Origin: Azolla caroliniana | Taxonomy: Eukaryota > Plantae > Polypodiophyta | Assembly (NCBI GenBank): GCA_043228905.1 | Contig: JBHGNT010000021.1 | Coordinates: 2,666,001 to 2,730,000 of the forward strand | Length of the DNA: 64,000 nt | Reading direction: 5' to 3' | Shown: piece by piece, positions 46,984 through 61,703 of the stretch | Position numbering within the stretch: position 1 is the stretch's first letter | How the letters are laid out: each line of letters opens with the position of its first letter | Position numbers and translations under genes: made by a program | The notes under the pieces: generated by a model | Seen by the model: the letters and a program-made list of their open reading frames with translations, nothing else | Told to the model about the DNA's origin: nothing | The model's database searches: none

Positions 46984-49900
46984 GGTTATTCATCATTCAT
47001 TCCCCATAAGGGGGTTAAATAGTACAAGAGGGGGTAGATACAAAGGGGTGTAAGCCCCCTAGAGCATTCATACTGGACACTCACTCATACCTCCTCGTAT
47101 CCATCCACATGCACACACGTGTGCATGTGTTCACATACGTATCGACTCACAATTACATTTATGCCCCCTACACACACACAACAATCATCATGATAACATT
47201 TGACCCTCGCTCATCACATTGACTCTCCGTACATCTCGTACGGGGTAACAAATGGAAGCCATTGGGGGAAACAACCATCAGGGTGCTTGGTAGTTCCATT
47301 CAGGCCCTGATGATGATCTACCCACCATAGGAGAACTACCCCATTTCAACAGGAACTTTGACCGAGCTCTTTCAACTGCCTCATGTTCCCCCTGAATCGA
47401 GTCGTACCGTCCCCGCAACCAAGATACCAGCTCAAACCAGATATTTAACAACACCTCACCGCTAGGGATCTTTTGTTGTTGAAAAACAAACTTACAATGC
47501 ATGGTCCAAATGTGCCAAACCGATAAACAAGCCACCATAATCCATATCTCTTCAAAAAATTCTGAGTTAGTGACAGGTTGAACTCCAACACGTTGAAACA
47601 CCTTGCCACCCTACACTATAAATCCATGACCAAGGGGGTTTAAGTGTTCAGCCCAGCCTTCCCCTATTAACTTCAGCCCCTGTACGGACCCCCTACCACT
47701 TTCCCATTCACCCCGCATGCTACTACTATCGTGAGACTTCTACCCCAAATGTTAATAGCCTCTCCGCAATTCCAAAAACAGTGAGGAATTGATTCCAAAG
47801 GGTGTCCACATATCTTGCAAACAGCCTCACCACCACGACACCTAAGCCACTCCCCCAACAGTACCGCTTTATGACTAAGAAGCCACCACCAAAGCTTTAT
47901 TTTTTTTGGCATATCGAACGCCCATAGTCTCCTCCAAAACGACTTCAACAAGTCGTCAGAAATGTCTTTATCCTTCCAATTATTGCGAGTTAGAGCAGCA
48001 CCCATAGATTTGGAGCCAACGATTTTCCTTCCTAACTTAGTAGTGTACTCGAAAAACCGTTCCGCTTTGTATGTTCCCAGTTTCTGCCACCACACCTCTA
48101 GTGGGTCCCAATCCAACTCACATACAGGCTTGTTGTCAACTATCCAAAGCTTACAATCAGATTCCAGCCTCCCTAGGGCCACTTCTTACCTTCCAACACT
48201 GCCACTCGTACTGCCAACCACTAGCCATTGTCTGCCAAAGCACTTAGGTTGCCCCACAAACAATACTCATTAGATGGGCACCTGCCCCGGATAATTTGTG
48301 CATCGCCCTCACCTACAAACCACCCAAACTAGACCCCCTCTTATTCATTCAGTCTAGCTAGACCATCAACAACCTTATCTATCAAACGGGTCACCTTTTC
48401 CAACATTCTAGTAAACCTAGTACTACCAACCAGACCCTCCCTTCTTTTCCTTTTGAAAACCTCCTAGTCTCTTACTGAACTAACATTGTACCCTACCATT
48501 TGTCCCCATGGCAATTATTTTTTCTAGCCAAGCATCATACCGTCATCGCTTCTAATCCTAGGGTTCCAAAACAGTGGTTGACGAAACTGTTCCTCCATCG
48601 TTTTTGGCTGCATTAAGACCAACCCCTCTCTTAAACTTGACCAGGCCCTCATTATGGCGCAGGCCACCCTATCCTCTATGCTAGTCGGTTCTTTTAACTT
48701 TAGGCCTGGACTGAACAACCACCACTTCTTTGCCTTCCAAGGGCCGCCATTCCTCAGACATCAGAGTTCAGCTCTGTCCCTAAGAAGCAACTTCCACAAT
48801 TCTAGTCCAGGTTGGAGAGTTCCCATCACGAGCTTACCGAGTAAAGCCTTACTTTGGTGAACCGGATCCACCATCCCAAGTACACCTTGAGTTTTTGCCT
48901 TGATCAAACAACTCCAAGCCACTTTAGCTAACGCCGACTCATGGTCTCTACCTGACCAAAGGAACCCTCTCACCATTGCCTTAATATTTTTGATGCAATC
49001 TTTATCTAACATCCAGCATGCCAACGAGTACCACATGGTGGCCAACAAAATGTGGTTTACCACAATCACTCTACTTGCAAGGGAAAGCTTTACTGATGCC
49101 CATAACCGAAGCTTTTTTCTGATTTTGTCTTTCACTTGCTCAAGCTGCTGATTTTTCTAAATCTCAACTCCCACCAAAAAGCCCAAATATTTAACAGCCC
49201 TTCCATTAGGGACCCATTGAAAATCAGCATTAGGGCGCCAAAGTGGCCATGAGTTTGGACTTACCCAAAACCCTTGACTTTTGTTCCAATTAATTTTCCC
49301 ACCTGATGCTTTACAAAACAACTCAATCCATTTTTCAGCTTGCTGTAAATTAGCATCATTGCCTTGCTGATAGAGCATAGTGTCATCTGCATACATGGAG
49401 TCCAACAAGTCCTTGCAAGCATGTGGGACAACCAATCCTCGAATTCCGGCATCTGGTCTATTTAAAAAGAAAGAGAATGCCTCTGAAATAAATAAATAAA
49501 GATAGGGAACGGGCACCCCTGCCTGACAGACCTGCATAATGGAATTGATGGGCCCCGTTGTGCTAACACCAACACCCTACTCAAGCTTCCTTTGTAAAGG
49601 GCCAACGCAACTGATATCCATTTTGAGGGTAGTCCCAACCGCTCCATGACTTTATCTAAAAAAGGTCATTGTACTCTGTCATATGCATTCTCGAAGTCAA
49701 GCATGAGACATACAATATGTTGATTGGTTTTCTTTGCTAAGGCAATCGCCTCCCAAAAGGTCAACACATTATCAATTATACATCTATTTTCCATGAATCT
49801 TGTTTGTTCAACATTAATTAGCGCATGCAAGTGGGGTTTGACCCTCTTGGCCAGAATATTAGCAAAAATCTTATAGATTGTGTTGAGCAACGTAATCGGT

Positions 49901-50440
49901 CTCCATTGCCTCACATCCGTTATTATACCATGTACCTTAGGAATTAGAAATATCAGCCCCTCTTTAAAATGCTTAGGGAGGCACCCAACATCCCATGCCT
50001 CATTTAGACCAGCAACAAGGTCAACCTTAATCACTTCCCAAAATGTTTCAAAAAAATCTTTTGATAATCCGTCGACGCCTGGACAAGACGTGCTACATAT
50101 ACTTGCCAAAGCATCTAGCACCTCCTCTTCCAAGAGAGGCCCTGACAACTTAACTTGTGCAACCTCTAAAATTCTTGGTTGCATTCCCTCCAATACAAAT
50201 TCTGCCAGTGACGGTTGGCTGGTCTAGGAGACTATAACGATTTGAGAGTAGCCCATTATAGTGGTTTGTGACTGCCTCCATGATCTCTGATACATCCTCT
50301 GACAGTGAACCATCCTCCTTAATCAGCTTGGGATTGTAGCTATCGTTTGTTCTTGATTTTTTAAACTTAAAAAATTGTTGGTTCACCTTGTCCCCATTCC
50401 TGCTCCACCAAGTTGTTGAACTCTTGAATACCATCTTAGG
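46519..50440 (-). mobile_element. 5'-truncated degenerate L1 LINE (ORF2 RT to zf-RVT, 3' UTR, poly(A)), related to the L1 at 1771-7586
   Basis: Minus-strand WWSRNGDKVNQQFF, CPGVDGL, WRPITLLN, LDFENAYD, RQGCP, YADD, CKIC...HCFWNC and WNYQAP; an A9 tail at 46519-46527. Confidence 0.9.
46950..46980. repeat. (GA)n microsatellite
   Basis: About 15 GA units, directly visible. Confidence 0.9.
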
Positions 50441-51616
50441 AGGCATTGTTGAAAAATGACATTTTTGGCTATATTCGTCAAGCTTCGGAAAATGTCTAAG
50501 GAGAAGTCCATAACATTGCCTTTTGTAATGTAATTGTGTTCATAATGAAAATCATATTAATTCATGCTATTGAACGTGTATAACCTTGTGTCCTCCCCCA
50601 ATAATTCAAGCAGTTCAAATGACAAGGTAAGCCTTATTTTTGCTAAAAAAACAAATATTGGAAAAGTTATGGGTCATGTGTTCTACCATCAAGTAGTGTC
50701 CCTCACGATGAGACATTTAACAATATATTGCTAGTTTTATTCCCAGAGAAGTTTCTAGAGCATATAATTCAAGCACTTCAAACAATAACTCAAGCCATTA
50801 TTCCACTAAAAAACTATCAGAGAGCTTATGGGTCACATTTTCATCTTGTCCCCTTGATCAAGTTGTGTCCCTCTCTACGAACAATTTACATATGAATTCC
50901 TTATCTTCTTCCTAAGGACGTTTTTAAAGCATATTAGTTGTATTTGCGATAAATGATCAATAAAATAGAGTCATACTAGAAATGATATGTATACTTTAAT
51001 TGTGTACTATTTTGTTTAGTTTCATTATTTTTACTTTGTACCTAGGCACTCATTTTCAAGGAGGTGCTACAATCATGTGTTTTAACTCAGTTTTTGGATG
51101 ATCCAACCTTATATTTGTTCATTTATAGACAACTTCCATTTTGATCATATTCCATCCATTTGGGTTAGGTCTTATGTTATCTCATAACGAACTTTGTTGT
51201 TTATTGATGACATGTATTTCCATAGTCTTTACTTGGGGTAACAATTCTAACTTTCACGCAACGACAACATTATGCTTGGATCTTGTTTGATATTGATTGA
51301 TGTGTACAATTTCTAAAGACATGGCATGATGAATGTTTTAAATTCGCATGTCTTTGTAAGTTCATGAAGGGTATCATGGGGCAATTGCTTTTATCATATC
51401 TTTTTGCATGACTTTTGTACTTTGGTGGTTGGTTCCTCGTTGTTCCCTTTTAAATTCCCAACTATGTTTGCATGAAGGATTATTAACGGTGTTTTAGAAT
51501 CTTCGATAATTTCAATAATACTCAAACTAATCTTGAAATAATAGTTCTACCCCTATTCAAAATGGTAATGTGATTGATAATCTCAAAAGTAATCAAGAAA
51601 TCACCCAACCTTCAAG

Positions 51617-51618
<2 letters not shown>

Positions 51619-51655
<37 letters not shown>
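51619..51655. repeat. (TC)n microsatellite
   Basis: About 18 TC units abutting SINE-like copy 2. Confidence 0.9.
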
Positions 51656-51659
<4 letters not shown>

Positions 51660-51792
51660 GTAAGTAGTTTACAGTACTAGCACTACATCTTGGGTTCGAA
51701 ACCCAATTTTCCCACCTCTCTATTACTCCATAGATATCTCTTATTTCACTAGATGCCTCTGTGGAATGTAGGGGTTAAACCCAAGCTACATC
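51655..51792 (-). mobile_element. SINE-like double-headed element (copy 2, internally deleted)
   Basis: Reverse complement of 45996-46180 (cttgggttcgaaacccaat, cacctctctatta, ctgtggaatgtaggggtt, aagctacatc); lacks ~37 nt between the first A and B boxes. Confidence 0.6.
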
Positions 51793-51984
51793 CATATGGG
51801 TCGCTCTCTCTCTCTCATTCAAAAGATAGTCTATATCAATATTTTTAAACGAGAAAGAGATATTTGATTATCGTCTTTGGAGGTCACATATGATCGATTA
51901 GACAAAAAATAGAATGTTTTCATGTAATACATGTGAAAGTGTGTAGTGATTATGATGTTCAATAACCTTAATGAATGTTGCAAT

Positions 51985-53140
51985 TGAGAGTTCACATTGT
52001 GATTGTTAGAAAAACTTGTGCAAGGATTCAGTTGTCTTGAAGAAGGGTGTAAAAAAACATTGTTGAATGTGATCAAAGGCAAAGTTTTGTTTCAAAGTGT
52101 GATCATCGTATTCTTGAATTTGTTTAGAGCAAGATATGCATAGCGAGACAAGTTGATGACTTGTGGCGCAATGTCCCTTCTCACATTGATGCAAGTGTGA
52201 ACTAAGTCACATGAAAACCTTGGTTTGGATGGTGGACAACAAGTTCTAGCATGTATTAGGGCAAGCTAGTCCCCCCTTAAACAAATTATGGCTTTGCACT
52301 TCAGTGGAAGGTGTGAGAGTTCACAATGTGATTGTTAGAAAAACTCGTGCAAGGATTTAGTTGTCTTGAAGATGTGTGTAAAAATTTAAAAAACATTGTT
52401 TTGTTTAGGGCAGGATATGCATAGCGAAACCAGTTGATGACTTGTGGCATAATCTCCCTTCTCACATTGATGCAAGTGTGAACTTTGTCACATGAAAGCA
52501 TTGGTTTGGATTATGGACAATAAGATGGGATCTAGCATGTATTAGGACAAGCAAGTTCCCCCTTCAACAAATTATGGCTTTTTAGTTCAGTGGAATGTGT
52601 ATAGTATAATCTGTGAAGTCATGTGAGCATACACATTTTCTCCATGTCATGATGCAATAGTGTTACAAAAAGGCTTTGCTCATCAAGAGATTGATTGATG
52701 CGTCATAAAATAGGGAATGTTGCATCCCATCTTCCAAACCATTTTTTCATATGTACCCAACCGAATCAAGATATTTTGCATTTTGTATGTCTTTAGAGTT
52801 GTTTGTTCACTTCCCATGTGATTCAAGGAAGTCAATATGAGGGACTTTTCAGAACCTTAAGAATGTATAGACAACCCTTTACACAACCATGATCTCAATG
52901 GGAAGTAAGAATGTTTTAAGAAGTAGGAAGGTGTATGGTGTTTGTTACTTGGATTAGAGAATTTTGGAAAAGAACACTCTCAAACATTTTCAAACTCTTT
53001 CCAAGTGGACTTCGGATTTCTACCTACCAATATGCCCATCCCATACAAAAGCACCATTTTTTTTTGACAACCCAACATTTTATTTTTCTACCATAGGATA
53101 TGCTCTCAAATGCATAATAAACTCTCTTTCCTGCCTCTTG
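51985..53140 (-). mobile_element. Degenerate RTE-like LINE 3' fragment (same family as 180-1770) with a ~330 bp tandem duplication
   Basis: Collinear with ~255-1110 (for example ttcccatg..attc.aggaagt, catgatct..atgggaagt, ctcaaatgcataata). gagagttcaca.tgtgattgttagaaaaact occurs at ~51986 and ~52315. Confidence 0.7.
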
Positions 53141-54387
53141 AGAGAGTGAATGAAGAAGACAAACCCTCATTAACCTTTAATTGTCTTGACCACTTTCAAT
53201 AATGTTGTGTATGAATTAAACCTATACAATGGGGTTTTGCAAGCAACCTCTATATCCATATAATGAATGATGATGTTTCAATGGTTGCTCTCATTGTGTG
53301 TCGTTACTCAAACAATTGTTTCACATATGCCAAGAGGAGAGAATATTCCATCATCCCTTTGTAAAGTTTTTGACAAATCGATCACTTCATAGGGTTGTAC
53401 ATAGGAAATTGTTACAACGTAACAATTTACTTTGGTTGGTAATCTTATGACATTGGTATTCATAACAAATGACTAAAGGGTTTATCAAGCCAGGTCAATA
53501 ATAGCTTGAAATAACCAAGAGCCTAGAGAATGTAGGCTATCCTACTTTAGGTCATGCTATAAAGTTTCTGTAAGGTTGGGAGGTGAATCACATCTATCTT
53601 CCAAGTGGTTTGATAATAGGCTAGCAAAAATACATGATGCATTCACAACCACCAACAACTGAGTCAAAAGGAACCTTATGTATGGGTATTGTAATGATGG
53701 AAAAGAGTATGAGTGATGCAATGTATTTAATTTTTGGTTACTTTTGCGAAGGGGTTGATGCAATTGTGTTGGGCTTCTATTATAATCGAGGCTCACAACC
53801 CTCAAGACTCTATCACACCATGATCAAATGATGGGTGTTTAAAAAGACATTATTTTCTTCTAGTCTAATGCATAAAAAATTGAGGAACGTGAACTCGATG
53901 GAACAAAATTAAGTCACATATGAATGAATTCATTCTTTTTGCAATAGGAAAAAGTTCATTTGTTTTCAAAACCCCCCATAGTTAATAAATCAAAACAAGG
54001 TTATTTACAACCTCGTGCATGTGTGTGTGTGGACGGCACACATGGATGTAAAAAATGCTCACCAATCTCGATCATTACACATCAAGAGACAGAAGATTGA
54101 GGTATGTGCGGTGGACCAAGAAAATATCGCGGTTGGATGGTAACACACCTCGTCATCTAGAGCTAACAATCGGGTTTAGGAAACAAGATATTGGATGCAA
54201 AGAGGGGAGAGGTTATGGAAGGTTGTTGATAACCCATACATCTATATAAGTCATCGGGAGTTATCAAGAGTATACGGGATGCACGAGAAAACCGATACTA
54301 TTGGGGTGAGAAAAGAAGGATAAGGGTTATAGCAACGTAAAGTGGGGAGGGGGGTTGGATTGGCGCGCAGAAAGTACGTAGCCATAC

Positions 54388-54426
54388 ATGTATGTATGTA
54401 TGTATGTATGTATGTATGTATGTATG

Positions 54427-54457
<31 letters not shown>

Positions 54458-54458
54458 C

Positions 54459-54531
<73 letters not shown>

Positions 54532-54673
54532 ATGTATGTATGTATGTATGTATGTATGTATGTATGTATGTATGTATGTATGTATGTGTGTGTGTGTGTG
54601 TGTGTGTATGTATATATGTATGTGTGTGTGTATGTATGTATGTATGTATGTATGTATGTATGTATGTATGTGT
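54388..54673. repeat. Compound (TATG)n/(TG)n microsatellite, ~285 bp
   Basis: Directly visible alternating blocks. Confidence 0.95.
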
Positions 54674-55380
54674 ACTAGGTGTGGATGGAAGGGAACAAAT
54701 GGGAATGATGGGAAGAAAAAGTGCGTACAAAAAAGGGGGTACGTGTGGACACATTAGGAGGAGTAGGAAAAAAAACGCGTAGAGCAGAAGTATTTACATG
54801 CTCTCTTCTATTAGTTCTTAGAAAACTAGAGCAACTGTAAGTAAGTAAGTCCAGCCAAAATAGGAGCCATTTCATTCGATGGGGAGAGAAGGGTCCCGTA
54901 CTTGAAGAGGACGAACTCTCGTGCCTTCGAAGGCAATTCCTCGATTCTAAATAAATTCCCTATTCTCTTTCTTTTCATTTTTATTCTTTATAAAACTATA
55001 CCTAAAAAGTATTACAATACTAGAGACTACAGTAGAAGTAAATTTTTAGAGAATTGCAATTGAAATGAGCCCAATTCTTTAACATAAACATAAATATGCC
55101 CCATTTTTACTTTTATTTGGGGGTCTATTTTTTATTTTCCTCATAATTAATTTAAATTTAAATGATTTATTTGTGCTCCCCTGACTAATTAAGTAACAGC
55201 AGCTACAACAGCAGCAGTAGTCTTTAGTTAGTCACTCAAGGGTCTAAAATAAAACACTACCTCTACTTCTAATCTACTCACTAACTGCCTAGCTTCTCAA
55301 ATTAAGCCCTGCTAATTAACCCTCATACAGCACAATCAAATCATTAAGGAGCTCATCAGAGTAACATTTCTTCATCCCCA

Positions 55381-58300
55381 ATGGCAGCCCTCCCTCCCGA
55401 ATCGATGGCTTCTCTAAATTCGGTTGCGGCTACCGCCGTGCTCATCGCGTTCATGCTATTAGTCGATCCCACTACCGTGGCCGGGATACTCGGTACCGAG
55501 AATCCCGGCATCACGCCAGATGGCACGAGCTTATTGGCGCTGAGGGATGCGGTGACCGCGGACCCTACGGGCATGCTCTCGAACTGGAACTCGTCCGACC
55601 CGACCCCATGCCACTGGCACGGGGTTGCGTGCAACACATTGCCGGGATTCACATACCCGCGCGTAGTCAGCATCAGCCTCTCGGGCCTCAACCTATCGGG
55701 GACCATCCCGCCCGAATTCCTAGCAAACCCGTCCGCTGGAGCCCTCGACCAGCTCCGCCGGCTTAGCCTCCACCACAACCTCTTCTCGGGTCCGTTACCC
55801 TCTGGTCTTTTCTCGGCCGTGCCCGCCCTCCGTAATGTTTTCCTTCAGAACAACCTCTTCTCCGGCCAAGTCCCGCAAGGCCTCGGCCTCCTCCCCTTCT
55901 TGCAAAACCTCGACCTCTCCCACAACCGTCTCTCCGGGTCCATCCCGGACACTCTTGCCGATTGTTCGCAGCTCCAACACCTCTCCTTCGCGGGGAATTC
56001 ACTCTCCGGATCCATACCCGATGGCCTCGGTGCCAATCTAACCTTACTCCAAGAGCTCGACCTCTCGGACAACAACTTGTCCGGCCCTATCCCGGCCAAT
56101 TTCGGCAATTTAACTGGATTGCAGACCATGCTAAACTTGTCCTACAACCGCCTCTCAGGATCCATCCCTGAGAGCTTAGGCAAGTTGCAATTCACCGTGA
56201 TCATGGACTTCAGCCATAACAATTTGAGTGGAAAGATCCCACAAGAAGGCTCATTGGCCAACCAGGGGCCAGGTCCATTCATAGGCAACCCGGCATTGTG
56301 CGGGTTTCCGCTAAGTCGGCCGTGTCCAGCGGCACCACCCGTATCATCACTCATGCCGAGCATTCCGAGAGAATCGGGGCCGGCGCAGCCCATCGGCCCG
56401 TTCGGGGCACAGATGCCAGCATCCAACATGACGGAACACACGAGGAGCATGGGAACGGCCGCCATCGTTGCCATTGTGGTAGGCGATGCCGTAGGCGTTC
56501 TGGCGGTCGGATTGATTTTGATGTACTTTTACTGGAAGACCACCATTTGCAAGGATAAGTGCTCTGGGTGTGTGTGTAAGAAGAAGAAGAAGCGCCATGG
56601 CGGCGGGACGAGCTCGGGGGATGAATCCTCCGAAGGAAGCTCGGAACAATCGAAGCATGGTGGAGGAGGTGATGGCTCTGACCAATGGAAGGACGCGCAT
56701 CACGGGGAGCTCGTGGCGCTCGACAAAGGATTCACGCACGATCTTGATGAGCTTTTGCAGGCGGCGGCATTCGTGATGGGGAAGGGTGGGCTCGGGATTG
56801 TGTACAAAGTCGTGCTGGGCGGGGGTGGCGGCGGGCAGGCGCACACATTCGCTGTCCGGCGGCTGGGCGAGGGCGGATCGCAATGGTACAAGGAATTCGA
56901 GGCGGAAGTGGTGGCCATCGCACGCGTCCGGCACCCGAACATCGTGCGCCTCCGGGCTTTTTATTGGGCACCCGATGAAAAGCTCCTCATCTATGACTTC
57001 ATCCCAAATGGTAGCCTCTCCACAGCCCTTCACGGTTAGTGCTCCATCATCCCTTTGCTTTTTCCTTCTTTTGCTTTCTTGCCTTTTGCCTTTTGCCTTT
57101 TGCCTTTTGCTTTTTGCTTTTTTGCTTTTTTGCTTTTCGGTTATGGATTGACACTAGACCTTGGAAGATCCTACGCTACAATTCACATTATATAGATACA
57201 ACTAGTGGGTAAGACCACTCGATGCAATTCCTTCGAAATGGAACCAATTGTGATCCTAGTGTATCATTCGTCACAACCTCTCTTTCTATAGTCATCTTAG
57301 TGAGCACGGAGACTGGGCCAAGGCAAAACATGTTATAATATTACAGGCTTCAAAGGTTTTCTCTCAAGTTTTATTGCAAAAGCTTAGGGTGTCATTATAT
57401 ATAAAGGCACATGAAATAAACGGACAAAACAATATCTATTCAAGAGAACCGGTCTTTATATTTTTAAATTGGAATGCGATGATGGAAGGCATACAAACAC
57501 GTAACATCTACTTAGAAACTATATGATTCTCAATCGTTTGTCTATATTGAACATGGGGCACTAGCTTGAGCAACTATGAGCCATTGGGAGTGTGTACACA
57601 TCAACACCATTTAGTATCATTTAGGGGAGAGGATAGTCCTTGTCTCGACAATTTGCTAATTCATGTGTCAACAGTCATGGGTTTCATGTGGTCCAACAAA
57701 GCAAGCATATTCAAAGTGAACTCATTTGTAGGTAAGTACAATTCCATGTGCGAAGTCTGTTCCTATGCTGCTATATGAGATAAAAGAGTTAGTCTTTCCA
57801 TTTATACTAGGACTTGAGAGTGAGGGAAGTTGGTCTCTTTCTTCACATTTGCACTGAAAACAAAGGTTAGCATGTGTCTATAATGATAGGCAATGCCTTT
57901 CCCTATTGATGCAAACTTAAGCGGATGAGTATATTATTGCGGTTCAAAGCTCCTGAAATCATGAAAATAGGGCCAACCTTTATTGAGCTCGGATGAAGAA
58001 AACTAGATATTAATATTTTTATCATTATTATATATTAAAAGGTAAGGTTGGTGAGATCTTTCTTTACTTTACCTGGTTGTAAAGCGATTGATTCCTCATC
58101 ATCTTAGTTGAAGTCATTGGTTTCCGGTTGATATCCCATGATGCCTTTACATGTGCATACATGCATTTTTCATTAAGAAATGTGTCACGTTTACAATCTA
58201 AGCCAACATGATATGCTTAGTGACTATATCTTCGAAAATGAATTGTCAATTAATCACAATAGTCGAGGATTCAAGTAAGGATTTAGTGTTTAGTGTTATA

Positions 58301-60831
58301 TGTAGGTTACACTTTAATTTAGGCTAAGTTCACATAAGGAAGATATTTTATGGTGGCCAAAATTGGTGAAAGCTTTAGTTCACATTAGGCTAAAGATTTA
58401 CACATGACAAATAGGTGGGTGGAAAAGAATTTTGAAACTACCAAAGTTGAAAGTTGAAAGGTTAAAACAAGTAGCACAAATCCTAGAAAACATATACTTT
58501 ATACCTTGTGTATTATATGGACATTTTTTGAGGTGGAAAAGTAAAGAAGATTCTTGGTAAAGAAAGCTTGTGAGCTTGTCTTGGCTTGCTTGAAAAATAT
58601 GAATCATATTCTTTCATGGCACATATTTAAGATGTGTATGTTCATCTTGTTACCCTAATATTTACAACCCCCGTCCGAGTATGATAAAAATCTAAGAGTT
58701 TCACAATTCCACATTGCTTTGTCCAATTGAAATACCTTGGGTATTTCATCAATTTACGCCTATCCTGTATTGTTTAGTTTGGAACCATGTTTCCATGTTG
58801 TGTTGTTCTATATAAATGCAAACTGCTAGAATCTACCTAGTAAATAATGTCCACACTAAAGATTTCATCAATTTACGCCTATCCCTTATTGTTTAGTTTG
58901 GAACCATGTTTCCATGTTGTGTTGTTCTATATAAATGCAAACTGCTAGAATCTACCTAGTAAATAATGTCCACACTAAAGATTTCAAACAGATTACAAAT
59001 TGGCATCTTGCTAGTACTTCAAAGCTATACTATTTGAAGACAAAGATGTCCATCATGTCATTATTGGTCGCTACAATAGTATGGCCCAAATGAGATGGTT
59101 TGTTTCCTTCTTGTATAACCAATGTTACTCTAGGCTCATCAAACTAAATACATTGTTTGTTCATGTTTACATGTGCTAAATACACATGTTTCTGGATATG
59201 GGCACACACATCGTTCATTTTGCTAACGAGTTTGTCTTTGAGGAGAAGATCATTTATAGTTTTTGGCAATGGTGTTAACGTAATGTCATAAACACAATGT
59301 TTATCAATTGGTAAATTGGGTTATAGTTTGAAACATTTTAAAGCCATCATTGGTTGGGATATGTTGTAGACACGCGGAGTCTTTTTTTAACACATTTCTC
59401 CAAGAACATGAAAACTAATGCCTTCCTTGGTAAAAACATGGCTTTATAAATTCACTTTCAAGACCCTTTTGTTCAAAGGTATGAAAGCATGTAGTTTGGC
59501 TTTAAAAAGTGGCTTTACACATTCACTTTTCAGAATCCAATGGGTGGTTGGAAACATTTTTTTAATGTAAGTTTTAAAAATATGGCTTTAGCCTTTGCTA
59601 GTAAGTGCACACTTACATGCCTCCAATGGCTAGCTATATCAATGCTCTTCTTAGTCAATGCTAATAAAAAAGAGACGACTTTTATGGTGTAGTGATTGTA
59701 CGCTCTTGATTTGTTTTGTTTCTTATGACGTAAAAACACCCACTATCTACAAAACTTTATAACCTAGGCAGCTAACAAAAAATCATGGCATAAAATTTCA
59801 GTTATTTTTTCTCTCAAACTAAAAAATCATTAACAAATGCCCAAAGCTGTAATCTCATCCCCAAGAAATGTTTGAAATTTCCAATATCATAAAGATGTGC
59901 ATGAATATTTTACACTCTACACGTTTTATAAAGTTGTTCTCGTTTTCTTTTCTTAAAGCAATTCTATTTCGATATATAATAGTTGAGAGCATATTTGTCT
60001 AGATTTTTGTATCTTTCTTTGGAATACATAAAAATGCATATCTTGTACACTTTTATGAAACAGGGCTATTTAACACACGGTTGTTTCTTCTCTAAATTGT
60101 GTTGAAGTAAATTCTCACACTTTGACAGAAGGGTCTTTGTTTCAATAGCACTAATATAATATTTAAAGTAAAAATGCTCTTTGTATGCCACAGGTCAGCG
60201 ACAATCCCCAACACAAGCACTCACATGGACACAAAGGTTGAAGATAGCAAAGGGTGCGGCCATAGGCCTTGCATTTCTACATGAGTGTAGCCCAAGAAAG
60301 TACGTCCATGGTGACGTGAAAGCAGCGAAGATATTGCTTGACAATGAAATGAATGCATACATTGCAGACTTCGGTTTGATGAGGCTTGCTAATCTCACTG
60401 CAACATCGATGTTGGTGCCAACGGGAACAACATCTTCAACATCATCTTCTTGGCACTTGGCCGCAACCTCAAGTAGTGTACTATACAAAGCTCCGGAATG
60501 TAGTGATAATGATGCCAAGTTAACACAAAAATGTGATGTGTACGCATATGGGGTGGTTTTACTAGAGCTTATTTCAGGGCGATCACCGACATTTCAGTTG
60601 GTTAACACTGATGAAGATCTCGTGACATGGATGCGCCACTCATTGGTAGACCCCCTCCCCAAATTCTTGGATCCTTACCTCCTCTCACAAGTTGCTACAT
60701 CATCTATTGAGAAGCAAATGGTTGAAACACTTCACTTGGCACTTGCTTGCACTGCCACCTCTCCTGATCTCCGCCCCAAAATGAAAGTTGTTGTTGATAC
60801 CCTTGACAAGCTTTCCCATGCATTCAATTGA
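55381..60831 (+). CDS. LRR receptor-like kinase, LRR-III subfamily, ZAR1-like (~763 aa)
   Basis: Exons 55381-57034 and 60194-60831, with a phase-1 GT-AG intron of 3159 bp at ALHG. Signal peptide, LRRNT (PCHWHGVAC), ~7 LRRs, GNPALCG cap, TM segment (AAIVAIVVGDAVGVLAVGLILMYFYW) and kinase (LDELLQAAAFVMGKGGLGIVYKV, AVRRLG, HGDVK, DFG, APE). The start could be 55405. Confidence 0.92.
57054..57137. repeat. (CTTTTGC)-like minisatellite at the intron 5' end
   Basis: Imperfect 6-8 nt units, directly visible. Confidence 0.75.
58743..58986. repeat. Tandem duplication, 119 bp x2, in the LRR-RLK intron
   Basis: atttcatcaatttacgcc...ccacactaaag starts at 58743 and 58862; about 2 differences; bounded by ATTTCA. 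Confidence 0.9.
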
Positions 60832-61703
60832 TCAACATCATCAACACCATCATTAGTAGTAGTACGGCTTTGTTCATTTTCCATTGCTTGACCTCCTTCA
60901 CATCCTTTGTATAATTTCTTAATAGGTGGTGGAACTTTTGGCTTGTAAATGCCCGGTCCACCCTTGTTTAGCATGCACTCATTCCCTTTCTTTGCGCTTG
61001 CCAAATTAACTATGTTTGTAGTTTGACACATCCATACTTTTTGTAGATCAACACATGATAAGAAGCCATGTCCATATATTGTCACATTTCAGGCTCCGAA
61101 ATTGACTGTAGGCTTGTTGCAATGCTAACTCCCATTTACTAGAGTTCTTCTATATGGATAGGTTCCTAGCTCACTATCCCCATAAACAATGACTATTGAG
61201 TTACTTTCTTGAATACTTGTAAGTTAAACCTTTAATGTAAAAACAAACGAAAATGAGCACTTCAAATGGTTTTATTTTGCCTTTTCTCATCAATGCATGC
61301 GCAAAGTTACCGGTAAGACATTGAATTGCCTTCACTATTGCATTACAATTAATTATTGAGTAACAACAACAATTTGTATTTCATATTTGTATATTATCTC
61401 TCATTTCCTCCATAACATAGGCACTTTATGCAATGGAATTTAAACAACCCAGTTGGGAAGTTGGAGTTGTGTGTTTCAATGACTTTATTGACCACAACAA
61501 TCTCACTACACGCAAGCCATCATATGTACTAGGACGAATCACAATCCAATTCCCCTTTTGTTTGTATTTTTTTGGTGTACATTCATATTGCAATTATGTG
61601 CACATAAATTTTTTAATAGTGATTTTGTTATGTACAAGTTTGCAAAGTTGTATTTGAAAACCTTTTATTTATATGTTTCACAAAGCAATTAATGTCTATA
61701 TAC

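Noticed and set aside
46700-47200. Possible solo LTR inside the 3' UTR of L1 copy 2
   Set aside because: The UTR is longer than in copy 1, but the termini are imperfect and there is no TSD.
54251-54782. Long ORFs of YVCM / HTYI repeats
   Set aside because: Translation artefacts of the (TATG)n/(TG)n microsatellite.
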